Assembly: GCA_976551045.1 (NCBI GenBank)
Contig: CDPCPM010000022.1
Coordinates: 8,990,001 to 9,054,000 of the forward strand
Origin: Glaucostegus cemiculus
Taxonomy: Eukaryota
Direction: 5' to 3'
DNA length: 64,000 bases
In this document: piece after piece, positions 41,161 through 54,016 of the stretch
How positions within the stretch are numbered: the first letter of the stretch is position 1
How the letters are laid out: each line of letters starts with the position of its first letter
The notes under the pieces: model-generated
Databases searched by the model: none
Told to the model about the DNA's origin: nothing
Seen by the model: the letters and a program-made list of their open reading frames with translations, nothing else
Made by a program: the position numbers and the translations under genes

Positions 41161-44100
41161 ATTCATCGAATGTGACAGAACTGAAGAAGGCCAGTTAATT
41201 CAAAATGACTGTACTAGCTCTCAAGTAGAATTGTTCACTTGGTCCCGCCCTCTCTACTATTTCTCCATAGTCTTATAATATTTTTCTCTTCAAGTATTTA
41301 TCTATTGTGACAGATCTTCCATCCTGATCCCAGCACTGGCATTAACCACGGTTGTGCTGTTGCTCAGATGGACTGCAAGTCAATGGAGTACTGTGATCCT
41401 CTGTGGGCTTCCCAGCTCTCGGACTGTGAAGCCTGCCCACTGAGCTTGAATGGCTTGAACCTGGCTTAAGTAGGGCAGTCCTCACTCACATGAATGTAAA
41501 AAAATCAGCTATCAGTCAAGGTTCATGGATTTTTTCAAAATATTTCTTTAACTTAATTTAATGTTTTAGTGTTTTGAATGTAATTAAAAATTTAAAGATT
41601 TTGAACTATTTATTATTGTTTAACAGGTCCTAAGTGTTAGTCACAGTTTGTGATTATCAAAGTCATTCACAGTCAGTAACACTGAAACTTTGACAGCTGG
41701 TGAGATTGGTGGCTGGACCTTGTTTGCTGTAAGAGTAGTTCTGTGAATACAGCAGGTTGCCTCTGCTGACTTGGCAAGACTGAGGTCTGGGAGACTGCAG
41801 GGGCAATGCTGGAACAAACACTGTGGGCCAGTGGCAGGCTGTGAAAAATCTGCCCCTTAACTGAATCTCTTGCTAACACCCTTTCAGGCAGTGCATTCCA
41901 GAATATGGCACATGATTCCCCAATGACTTAAACACCTCCGTCAAATGCTCTCTTAATTTTCTCAGTTCTAAAGAGAAGAATTCAAGGTTTTCCTGCCTCT
42001 TTGCATGATTGAAGTCCCAGATAAAAATTTGTTTGCATTTTCTGCAGCTCCTTCACTTTGTTCATAATGTGAGGGATCTTTGATTGGGCATCTAACTCCA
42101 GTCTTATAAAGGTTTAGCATAACTTCCTTGCATTTGTACTTGAAGTCTTTATTAATAAAGTCAAAAATCTAATATACATTTTAAAACAGACTTCTGAACA
42201 TTAACCCCTAAACCTACAAAGATCTGTCTTTCTTTGCACTCTCTTTAAAGTTGTATAATTTAGCTTCTTTATTAACCTCTCTCTCCTCACTTCCACCCCC
42301 CAGCCCTGTCATCTGATCACTACAACTACTGCACTTTGCTCTGATGTAATGTGCATTAATTCCAAACCCTCTCCCCCTTCCACCCCCCCAACCCCATTCT
42401 GGACTCATTCCCTCAAAATCATTATCACCCTTATCAATATTCAACACTGACACTTGGTTTCTGAATGCACCGTGTGGATTCCTGTACTCTTTGTTCCTTC
42501 CTCCCATTCTGGTTAGACACCCATTGACTTTTGTTTAACTGGTTGCAGCTGAAGATCAACAGGTCCTTTAAAATGCACTCCAAGAAATTTCCACAGTGTT
42601 CCAGATCACACAGGATTTGCAGCCATTTACCTTTGATGTCCCATCATTTTATTAGAAGACCATTTTTTATTAGAAGACCGTTAGGTTATGTCCAGTATTT
42701 ATACCTGAATATATACTGTACATATACAAATATTACTTCAGCCCCTTTCTAATTATTATTTAATTATTTTAATTCAGATGTTTCAATATAATGTTGTATC
42801 ATGTTGTATGTTGTTCATTTTAATTTTATTCACTTGGAAATAATTCACTATTCGAATTATTTTTAAATTTAATCTTATCTTTACTTTAACTTACTTCAGG
42901 CCGCCTTCTCCCTTCATTGGTTTACCTTACTTGTGCATTGGCTGATACCTCTCCAGTAAACAGTTTCAGAAACACCTTGGTTCTAGCCTGGCATTTAACT
43001 GCAAGCCGTAATATTTAACATCTGAAAGAAGTACAGAGAATGCTGGAAATACTCAGCTGGTCATGCAGCATCTGCAGGGAGAGAAAGAGTTATGCTTTGG
43101 GTACATGTCCTAACATCAGAGCTGAAAACTCATAAATGTTATTGTATTAATAATTTGTCTGAGATTCACTTAGCTGGAGGATTGCTAATTGCCAACTGGT
43201 AGTTTTAAAATAAAATTCTACAGTAAGAAAACAAGTTTCAGTATGATAACTGATACCATCTGTGCTATTTACCTGCAATTTGCAGGTGAATTCTTACCAA
43301 CAAATTCACCAATTTACTGTCATCATTCTGTACACCAAGACATCCCATTTAGCAGATTTGTCCAGCACTGCTTGCACTTACTTATCCGGTCAATTTTCTC
43401 ATTTTTTCAGATTGGTCCTCATTGTGTACAGATCTGTTGCCTGCAGAGAAAAAGTGAATAGCAATTTATGATGTTTTGAGGGTCTGAAAGATACTATAGT
43501 AACATCCAGTTCTCTTTCATCTATTTCAGAAATTCCAAGCACCAATACCAGAAAACAGGAAAAACAAACTGTAGATGAGCTAAAATAGCAATTAATCACA
43601 AAGGCTGAAATTCACGATCACTGCCAGATATAGTAAGATGCCTTCCAAGCTCCGTCACTGGCGCAGTACAATGGAAAAATAGTCCAACAAAGAATATTTA
43701 CAACATTTGTAACATCTGTAATAGTGCTGATCTTTGACAGTGAATTGCAAGTGCTGCAATCAGACATCAGGGAGACATATCAGATGGACAAACGTTAATA
43801 GAACAGGTGGCCAATGAAACTTGCATTGTCAACAATGAATATTTCTGTAAGGGTACTGGAAATTGTAACCAATTTGGAGATCTGCAGTATGTTGGCAGAC
43901 GTTGGGGTGTTGTTAATTACTGTGCCAAACGGCATTCTTCCAGGAAATGATAAGAAGTTTGCATTTCTGCTATTTTGTAAAAGATCCATTAATTAGACCA
44001 TGACAATTTATCTGGTTGCTGGCATCTGTTGTTAACTGAAGCAATACGACGTGAGTCTTCATCGTTTAGAAGGTGGAGGAATACTTCCCGGCCTATACTT

Positions 44101-44249
44101 GAGGAAAGGAGCAGGAAATCATCCCTCGAAAAATAACATATATTTCTATCATAATGTCACAATCTCAGAATATTCTGAAGTAATTCAAACCCTATTATTT
44201 ACATTTTATGGTCAATGTTTTACCATTAAAAAAATCCACAGTCACAATG

Positions 44250-45260
44250 GAGAAGATTGTGGAGTTAAAAATAAATTGCTGGAGGAACTTGGCGAGTCAG
44301 GCAGCATCTGTGAAGCCAATGACATTTTGGGTCGAGACCCTGCATCAGGACTGAGAGTATAGAGGTGAGATAACCAGTATAAAGAGGTGAGGAGGAGGGG
44401 CAAGGTAGGAGCTGGCAGGTGATAGATGGAACCAGGTGAGGAGGAGAGATGGAGGTAGAGACAGAGGCTGGAAGGTGATGTGGATACGACAAAGGGCTGC
44501 AGATTCTGGAATCTGATATGTAGGGAAGAAAATAGGTCGAACCAGATAAGGGAGGATTGATGAGCAAATGTACCCTGTGAGGGAGGGGAGGAGACCCAGT
44601 GGGTTGTGTGTGGGTGATGGGCAGATGGGACCAGATGGGGGAGGAGAAAGAGACTGGTAACAGGGGACTGTTGGGGGGGGTGTGGTCAGAATTGGAAAGA
44701 TGGGGAAAGAACCTGGGTGGGTCAGAAGGCAAGAGGGGGTGCGGGTTATCTGAAATTGGTAAGTTCAATGTTCATACCATTGGGTTGTAGCCTACTCAGG
44801 CAGAATATGAGATGCTGATTCTCTGGTTTGTGTTTGGCAGTGGAGAAGGCTGAGGATGGACAGGTTGGTGTGGGAATGGGAAGGGGAGTTGAAATGACAG
44901 GTAATTGGGAGCTCAGGATGGCCATTGCGGATGGAGAGCAGGTGCGCAAGAAAACAGTTGGCTTGGTCTTGCTGATGTAGAGGAGGCCACATTCAAAAAC
45001 ACTGAATGCAATGTACATGGTTGGAGAAGGTTCTTGTGAATCCCTGCCTCTCCTGGAAGGATTGTTAGGTCACTGGATGGTGGTGAGGGAGGAGGTGTAG
45101 GGGTAGGTTTCGCACCTCCTACAAATGCAGGGAAAACTGCCAGGGATTGAGGAGGGGTAGGGAGGGGAGGGATGAGCAAACCAAGGAGTCACAGAGGGAG
45201 TGGTCTCTCCGGAAAGCAGAAAGGGCTGGGGAGGGGAAGATGTGACTGGTGGTGGGATAG
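44250..45260 (-). mobile_element. Penelope-like retroelement 3' portion: RT tail, GIY-YIG endonuclease pseudogene and terminal repeat with a hammerhead-like core
   Basis: Across frameshifts: TSHIFPSPALSAFRRDHSL, CGLLYISKTK (the YIG half-motif), HPELPITCHFNSPSHS and QHLIFCLSRLQPNGMNIE*. Decayed CTGATG..GGGTCTCGACCC.AAA at 44321-44353. Confidence 0.8.
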
Positions 45261-45869
45261 AGCTGTTGTCTCACAGCTCCAGTGATGCAACGGCTCTGTC
45301 ACAGCTGCAGTGACCCAGGTTCAATCCTAACATCCAATGCTTTCAATGTGAAGTTTTCATGCTCCTTCAGTGAGTATGCTGATTTCCCCTGGTGTTCCCT
45401 TTAACGTTAATTGGTGCTTTTTGGTCGATGCAGACTCATGTGGCTGCATGACTCTGTGACCTCAACTTGTTCCAATTAATACAGTCAAGGAAACAATTAA
45501 ACAATTTATTCTAGCTGTGCTAATTAGGGGATAAATACTGGCTAGAATGCTGAGGAAATTCTTCTCCTACATGTTTTCTGTCAATCTGTGAATTTAACAT
45601 CTCATCAGAAAGACAATTAAAATTCTGAAACTGATGCTCACATGTTCAAAATGTGTGATCGGTAACTGTACTTACTCATCTTATTTCAAAGTGTTCAACC
45701 TTTGGCAATTATATTCCATGATCAAGGTCACCTGAACCTCAGCTGCAGTATGCAGACCACTCCCGTGTTTGTCTGCACTCAGAAGCCAAACTCCAAGCCA
45801 TCAATGACTCATTCACTGAAGTACAAAAGAGGATGTGCCTTGCCCTCAATCTCCACAAGAGATTGGAGA

Positions 45870-46070
45870 AACAAGAGACTGTGGATGTTGGAATCTGGAG
45901 CCAAAAATAACCAAACTGCTGGAGGAACTCAGTGAACCAAACAACATCTGTGAGAGGAGAGGAATTAGTCCTGATGAAGTGTCTTGACCCGAAATGCTGA
46001 CAATTCCTCTCCCACCATAGATGCTGCTCAACCCATTGAGTTCCACCAGCAGTTTTTTTTTGCTACACAT
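45870..46070. repeat. Short palindromic Penelope terminal-repeat-derived element with a central hammerhead core
   Basis: Arms gctggaggaactcagtg...catctgtg...ggaatt and aattcc...atagatg...tgagttccaccagc. Core GTC-CTGATGA-AGTGTCTTGACCC-GAAA at 45968-45994. Confidence 0.7.
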
Positions 46071-46830
46071 GACAATGATCCTCCGCCAATTTTCCATCCC
46101 CACATCAGACTGCTCTCCAACGATAAACGCCATGGCAAGGCATTGGAAACCATGGACTATTTTCCATATCTTGGGAGTTACTTCCTGACGAAGGCAGACC
46201 TCAATGATGAAATATTCAATATTGCCTTCCAGGCACCATTCTCTATTAAGGAAAAGAATATTTTAAGAACAAGAGCTCAGAACATCCACAAGACCCATGG
46301 TCCACCAAGCAGCAGTCATTCCTATCCTCTAATTTGCTTCTGACCTCTGCACTACCTCCAGGAGATATGCCAGTGCACTGGAAGGAGACCACCAACAATG
46401 TCTCTGCAAAATCTGTGAGGATAGGTGAACCAATGTCAATGGCTTTTCCTAGACCTACATCCCTGGTATTGAGGCCCTAGTTGGCTTTGGTGCCTGACAC
46501 CTATCTCGTGTAATAGATATTTTATTCCAAGGTCTGTCACAGTAAGAGATTCCCAGGTGGTCAGAGGAAAAGATTCAAAGATGTACGCAAACCCACCTCA
46601 AAAAATCTAACAATCCACTGACTCTTGGGAATCCCTGGACCTTGACCGTTCAAAACGGAGAAGGAGAATTTGGGGGTGGAGTTGAGGACCTCATGTCCTT
46701 TGATTGGAAGCACACAGGAATTCGACAGAAATGGCAGAAGAAGCAGACCACCCACCCATCTGCCCTGTTGGGCACTTCCTTTCCCTTCTATTTGCAGTTC
46801 TCTCATTGCTCACTTTAGAAGCCACAAAAC
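46070..46830 (+). mobile_element. RTE-clade LINE 3' fragment
   Basis: LETMDYFPYLGS...DLNDEI and GGQRKRFKD (46556-46582) are typical RTE C-terminal RT motifs. Confidence 0.7.
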
Positions 46831-48454
46831 CAGAGTGAACACAAGTCATCCACTATCTCAAAGGAATGGCTAAGAAGAATCTTATCAACATGGACCTTAG
46901 TAAATTTGTGTTCAGGAGGGATATGTGAATGGTGGACAAATATTGGAAAGGCAGTAAACAAGCCATATGTTGAAAATAAGTATTTGTTGTCTGGGATAAA
47001 CCAAATGAAATGATGCAAAACTGATGTAATATAAATGTTTACTGATCATTACTGAGAATCTAAGCCTTGATCTACATAATCTTGTGTAGGTAATCTCAAC
47101 CAACCTTCCCAGTGGTGTACTGAAAGTATTATGATTCTTGTTGGATGTATATGTGGTCAGGAGCATTCAGAGGAACATGAAAGTAGTTAACTGTGTCTTG
47201 AATTTTGGGAAAGCCTGTTCTGAAATCAAAACAAAAGGTATATCCTTGTGCTTCTGGCTGTCCATTAATCAGCTTCGCCTCATTTACCCTGAAGCTTTTT
47301 CTAATTAGAATCAAATGAATAAATTAAAATGATGCCACAGTCCATCACCTCCATTGAGTCCTCTAATACAATATGTCCTGTTGAGGTCTCTGTCTCAGAT
47401 CAATTCTTGGGGAAACTGTAACTCTTTTCAGTTAAACAATGGACAGAAAAAAACCAATTTCTTTAGTTTACCAGAATTTATATCTTCCATCTCCATTTCC
47501 TCCATCTCAGATAGAACTAGAATGTTTAAAGTGTCCTTTTCAATGATAAATTAGTTTTCCAACACAATACATACTCCACACAATATCTTATCTATCTGAC
47601 AAAGGGTCTTTGACCTGAAATGTTAACACTTTAAAGAATTTCCAGCACTTCCTGTTTTTGCTTTAGATCACCAACATCTGAAGGATTTTGGTTTTCATTT
47701 TCTCTATTACATAGAGTATCTAGTTGCACTTCTGCATCGTCATTTGCATTTATTGCCAAACTCAAGCTGTTGTCATCTCCAGGTTCAATCACTGCAGTGT
47801 TCTACTGACATCAAGCTCTGTAAACTTCAGCTAATGCAGCCCACATCAAGTCTGAACCTACTATTAATCTCATCCTCACTGAATAAAATTGGTCTCAACA
47901 TTTTTGTGTTACATTTAATCCATGATCACACACCGTCATTTCTTTGTAATTTGTTCCAACTCTTGTAGTCGTCTCACTGAACTCTCTAGTCTTCTGACTT
48001 CAGTTTTCTTTGAAACCTAAACAACACTCTCACTTCACAATGACAGTTTCAGCTGCCCAGACATCAAGTTCTGGAGTTTCGTCACTAACCCTCTCTGTCT
48101 TTCAACTTCCATCTTCTCCAGTAAAATCCAGTTTAACATCCATGTCTTTGGATTTTACTCATTTTTCTTTATCAGGTCTTCTTTTACATTTATTACAACT
48201 CTGTGAAGTATTTTAATTTGTCAAACATTTCCAAATAAAAAATTAAATGGCACAAAATGAACTCACAGACATTGTATTGGGTAATGACGACAAAGTAAAG
48301 CTTGATCTGATGTCACATTGTTTCATCATCATTTTACAATTATTTTGACAAAGGAACTAATGGTATAAGGGTTTGCCTTGAAGGATTGTGGTTAATACTG
48401 AATAAAAATCCTATATTCGTGCACAACTATACTAAACAAAATATGAAGCTTCAA

Positions 48455-51400
48455 ATTATTGTTTTTAGAAATTTTATTTATACAATAATAAAACTATATA
48501 CAGATATAAACACTGTAAACTGACAGTATAATACGGTACAGAGTTTTAAACTGCACTGTTTATCAGGCTTGGCAGCATTAGCAAAGACATCAACTTATAG
48601 GACCACTGGATACACAATAACATCTGTTCATAAAAAGTTTTAGGTTTATAATGTGCTCTTATAGTCAAAAGTTGTTCAATGTGGGGTTGGGAATTTGTGC
48701 ATTTTTTATCTGCTGTTTGAATTCAGTCAACATGCACTTCAGGTCAGAAGTACAATATGAAGAATTTCCTCCAGCTTCCATGGAAAGGAAAACTAAGTAC
48801 TCCAGAGTATAGAACAAATTGTCAGCCTGAAACTTAGAATAGAATGTTTCTTATATTGTTGCAATAATGCATTTTAATCACATGTCAGAAGACCATTTGC
48901 TTGCTGCCTCAAAGTAATATTTTAAATTTCTCCCGAGATCTATCCTCAGAGAAATCTCTGAATAACACTGTCAGTCAGTTTTAAGGGTTGGGCTGATTGG
49001 ACAACAGGAGTGCTGCAAACTTTACCAGGGTTCACGTTCTTGATAACCAGTGGCTGCTATTGGCACACTTTGTGTTTGGTTTTGTGCGTGTGTTGAGAAA
49101 AAGATTCGGGTCAGCTATCATCAATTCCATAATCGAACAGGCTGCTGATATTTGATGCCCAGACTTGCAGATGACTAATCACCATCTGGTGCAAAATGCC
49201 AGAAGGTTGTGAGGATATACGTTGCACAACACTTCAGTGGAAATTGCCATTTTTATAGGAGATGGAGAATATTGGAAAGAATTATTGCATACTAGATAGA
49301 AAATAAATATACTCTAAAGTAAAAAAAGAACCTTCCTTAAAATTCTGGAAAGAATTTAGTCATTAAAAAAAATCTAATAGGGACTCCAGTCACAGAGTAG
49401 CAAGAGACTAGTTAACAATGAGGAACAGCCTGGAGAAGTTAAAAAGTATGGTATTTATTAATGATATTAAGAAATTCTTAAGTCATGTTTGTTCAGACAC
49501 AAATTTTACAGTCATTTGAGGCTATTAAGCCTTTGCAAGTAAAATGAAAGTTGTATTTGTTGTGACAAATGGTAGGGAAATATTTGATGACAAAAATCAT
49601 TGGATGTGTTAAAACAAAAACTTATAAACACATTTAGGCTGTGCATTATACTGTGAACTCTGGTTGTGAAAAGTTCCTGAACAAATGATTTTTGTGCACT
49701 TCAATACTTAAATGTTTTTTTTGGCAAATGTTCCACAAGAAGAACCATTCAATCAAACTATCTAATGCCGCTTACATTAAGTAGCAATACTCAAATACAA
49801 ATTATCACTGGAAAATGAAAAGGGTAAATTACCTCAAACAGCACAGAAGAAACAGTTTACAAGCAACAAAGAAGTGTCAGGGCACTTTTGACAGCCTATT
49901 ATTTTAATTTCCCCAGTTGTGTCACAATATTCATGTGAAATACACGCAATCAATCTCATGATCTGCTTTCTTACAACAATTAAAGCTGTAATATATCATA
50001 AATTCAGTTTAAGTTCATGATAATATTTAATGCAAAAATCCAAATTAACAAAATTATGAAGTTATAAAATTGGAATAAAATGTTTCAAAGTTTGTAAGTA
50101 TTCATTCTCATTCCAATCCTTCTTCCAAGACTCTTCCATCATTGTCTGATTTCATAAATAGCATGTCCATACCGAATGTAAAAGGAATTGCATCTGGTGC
50201 TATACTGCATGCCTTCAACTATGAACAATTTTAAAACCTTCTACATACATTTTACAGATAATGTCACTAGTAGCTCTCAGAACAGAATGCTCATTTTGAA
50301 ATATTTACAAAATATGTAGATTTCTCATGTTGAGGTTCCTCAAGTAGAAACAGAACTGAAATTTTCTTTGTGAACAAATGTAAAGAAAATATTTTTACAG
50401 GTGATTACAGTTCTAATGTCTATAAGCGAATAGCAGTTGTACTGCACCTTTTTGATATTTAACACAATAAAAGCAATGCACAATAAAATTACAGCAATTC
50501 CAAGGTAAATAATTTACAGAGAGCACAACACAATAAAGAACATTTCTGTTCTTTAATCTTAAATGTATTTGAAATCAACTTAGCATGTTGTTACCAAAAC
50601 CTAGGCAAAAAAAGATCCAGGAACATCTTTATAAAACAAAATCACTTAATAAAATGAATTAAACAACTGTTTTTCAATCCTTTATCTGAGAATTAATTAA
50701 CTGTTAAGAATCTAGGGAAACAATAAAACTTGAAAACTTTATTTGAATTTTTAACACTGTATCAAGTAATTAGTGAGCATTATCCATTCACATTACAAAT
50801 TGCCTCACAAATCCCAAAACTATTTGGAGAAATTTCTTTCAATTACTCATTTATTTTCCAGATTACTAATCAGAAGCTTCCTTCAGTAAGACAATTCCAA
50901 ATCAGTTCTGATACTTGTGTTTATTAGAAAATAGTTTAACAAACAGCAAATATGTATGCAGCATGAAGTTATTTATTTTAATTGATTTCATTAAGGTTTG
51001 TATGATTTTTGGTGAACCATACGAAACCTGTTTCATACCGATTGTATATGTGGAGCAGACGTTCAGGAGTAATTCAATGACCATAATACAAAGGTACCTG
51101 CAATTAATATTTTAGAAAGGGGCAAAAGATGAATTTTACTTCAACATGCTATCAAAAGGCATGCATGACAAAAGCAAATGTTGTAAGTCATTCATTAAAC
51201 AGAAAATAAAAATAATTTGGCTAAAGTCCTTCTGGCAATTTTGATATCCTCCTAAAAGTGGCAGTGGTGTTATATCCAGTCAATGCTACATGGTAACATT
51301 ATATTGAGCAGGTTGTAAACTTTCAATTCAAATAATTAATTGAAAAATGATGTTTAATAATATTCTGTTCTTTTGCCATTTATGTTATGTTAATATTATT

Positions 51401-52615
51401 GCAGAATAAGTGAACAACATCATTGTTCTGGATTACAAGAGAACACAATAGCCTTCCCATTGTATTTGCATTCTGAGAAAATCTAACCAACCTAAATATT
51501 AATAAAATTAACTTTGACACTGTCTTTACTTAAGCCTTTATTTATTTTGGCATTGGGTCTCATTTCTCAATATCGCATTTTTTTGAATGAACATAATGCT
51601 GTCAACCACCTCAAGGATACTTGTGAATGAGAACAAACCAGATTCTCCTTACTGCAGATCTGTTTGATAAGCTGGCACTAAATAATGATAGAAAAAGGAT
51701 GGAATTTGATGAAGAAAAATTACAACACTGAAAATTCCCCTTTCTAGAATTTATGACTGTGTTTACTTCAACAATTATTCTAGCACATTTTTGTACAAAA
51801 CTACCTTCTTTGATCTGTTTTATTGAAACTACCAAGAACTCGTTGATTGGATTTGCATCAAACTCTTCCTCAAGTTGTCATTTGATGAAGGAAGTGTTTT
51901 TAATACTAATTTGAATGGGGAAGCAAAATATGTTCTTATCACAGCTTACTGAGCAGCACAGTCACCAAGCAGATAAATAATCATGCGTTTCGTGCTAAAA
52001 ATGTCCTGTTGCATGTAGGCCGAAATTGTGTTGAAAGCACTTTGCAAAAAGCTGTTCATGGCAGTAATTGGTTTATTCTTCTGTCTTATTGAAAGAAAGC
52101 AGTCATATCCTTGTGCATGAATACTCTACACAAAATTTAATAGCATGTACTTAATGTACATTTCATATGCAAATTTGAACAATGGCATTGTTCCAAAAAG
52201 AAAATAGACAGAATTTGTTTCAATCTAGGAATTTACTCCTTGTGCACTTGTGCAGTCTTCAATGTTATTGTTTGAAATCCTTCTTCAATAGTGCCACACA
52301 TGCCTAACTGGACAAAATTACTTTTGGCACCAAAGCAGAACGCATAGTTCAAAGTCTTCAGAGAAAAATATTTCTCCTTTCTCAAGAGAACTGCAAAATA
52401 TTGCCATCTACGAGAATTTTTAAAATTGATCAGATGGGTTCAAAACTTACTTGCCTTTTAGGAATATATCCAACTGTATTGGAGACAATTACCACAGATT
52501 GTTTCCACTTATTATTTAGTAATGGTCATGCACCATGAACACCAATTTAAATATGATCTTCACTAGCAATCTCACACTTTTTTGACCTCTTGTTTTTCTT
52601 CAAATCCTTGCCTGG
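48455..52615 (-). other. NLGN1: Probable long 3' UTR of NLGN1
   Basis: AT-rich stretch almost free of the LINE debris found elsewhere in the window. It follows the stop codon and ends at a well-formed polyadenylation context. The end point is inferred, and more proximal AATAAA sites also exist. Confidence 0.55.
48473..48478 (-). terminator. Candidate distal polyadenylation signal AATAAA of NLGN1
   Basis: Minus strand reads ...ctgtatatagttttattattgtatAAATAAAatttctaaaaac..., with upstream UGUA elements and a downstream U/GU-rich tract (tattttgtttagtatagttgtgc). Repeat density rises shortly beyond this point. Confidence 0.55.
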
Positions 52616-53435
52616 CTATACCCTAGTTGTTGAATGTGAATGGGGATGAGGATGCGGAAGGGTGCTGTTTTGTCCTCCAGTAAATGTGTTGAATGTGTGG
52701 AGAGGCTGCATTCCAGGTATGGTACTTGGAATCATTGTAATGGTCTTCGGTGTCATTAAAGGTATATCATCTGGAGATCGCCTCATTGCTAATGTATAAT
52801 CCGGAGGACAGGCTGTCCGCAGAACAACCTCATGTGGATGGATGGAATCACATTCGTGATCAGTGTGCTTCATCTGTAGGGACATAATTTCTTCTTCTTG
52901 TGCATGAGTTAGGTCGTTAGTGGTGTTACGCTGAGGGCTGCATCTTCTATGAACATCATGCCTCCTTTTATCCTTCTTATAATACAAAGCTGCAAAGGCA
53001 AGGATATTCAAAAACAATAGGGAAGCTCCAACAGCAATAGTAACGCTTAACTCTGTTGAATAGTCCCTTTGATCAACCAAGAAAGGACCTGCCGAATGCT
53101 TCTGGTCATCCTGTTTAACAGTAGGAAAGACTGATGTCACAGGACGTTTAGTGGTAACAGACCACTTCTTTGATGGTCTGTTTGTAATTTCTGATGGAAC
53201 TTTAGTTGTTGTAGAAGTATACTGGGAAATGTCATTCAAGCTATGTAAATGAGGAACCAGCTCCAACCATAAGTTGACTTTATTAGCTCTATAATGCTCT
53301 TTAACACGTGGTTTCAGTCCGATATGCAGGTAGAGTTGATCTTTCTGAGAATACCTTGACCAGGCAACCTCTTCAAAACGGTTTGGCTTGGTGTGGATAA
53401 ATTTGGTATCCTGAGGAACTGGTTGATTTGGGTCA
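52616..53435 (-). CDS. NLGN1: Neuroligin-1 last coding exon: end of the ectodomain, stalk, transmembrane helix and cytoplasmic tail ending in the PDZ ligand HSTTRV
   Basis: Acceptor cctacag|T at 53437-53436 completes GG|T (Gly) before [14 protein letters not shown] segment [24 protein letters not shown]; NLGN1-type tail [25 protein letters not shown]; stop TAG at 52618-52616. Confidence 0.98.
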
Positions 53436-53628
53436 CTGTAGGAGGAATAAATTTGTATTTTACAGATCATGAAGGAATCACATTGAAAAAGAAACAAAAT
53501 AACCATAATTTTCCAGATATTCTGTTATATGTTTTACATATTAATCTTCTGTTTGGAAGATACTGCTGACTCTGTTCTAAAGATATGATTGGTTATAAGG
53601 TATACAACAAGAATGAAATAAAGTCAGC

Positions 53629-54016
53629 TGTTACGAAGTAGCTTACTTAGGCAAATACCCCTTTAAGATGGGACATTGTGTGTGTGCAACGTATTACGTC
53701 AATAGAAGATAAGACTAACGTGATGAGGTCATTGCAAGAAAGAAAAAAGATAAGAGAGAGAGAGACAGACAGACAGATAGAAAGAGAGAAGAAGGAGAGA
53801 TGGCAGCCTGTTTTGTTTCTGTCGATGGATGAAGGACAGTAACTGTGTTTGTCACTAAAATCCGTGGATGGATTTCTGGAGTAGTTCAGTGGAGTTCACT
53901 TTGTCGGTAACCTGTAGAAGGACACAGGTGTTTGCGTGGACAACCACATTTTGGATGCTCTTCAGAGTGGCAGATACTGTGGAACAAAGTGACGGAATTC
54001 ACTTTGCTGCTAACCT
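53629..54016 (+). repeat. Inverted copy of the first 388 bp of the LTR (pairs with 55656-56043)
   Basis: Manual base-by-base comparison with the reverse complement of 55656-56043 gave 3 mismatches in 388 bp and no indels. Confidence 0.95.

Noticed and set aside
44265-44768. Proline-rich 167-aa ORF
   Set aside because: Translation of the pyrimidine-rich Penelope 3' region.
48495-50309. Pumilio-type UGUAHAUA motifs in the 3' UTR (48495-48502, 50302-50309)
   Set aside because: Expected by chance in AT-rich sequence; conservation data would be needed.
53436-53506. N-terminal extensions of the NLGN1 ORFs in the ORF track (also 62864-62936 and 62553-62650)
   Set aside because: Intronic read-through beyond canonical splice sites.
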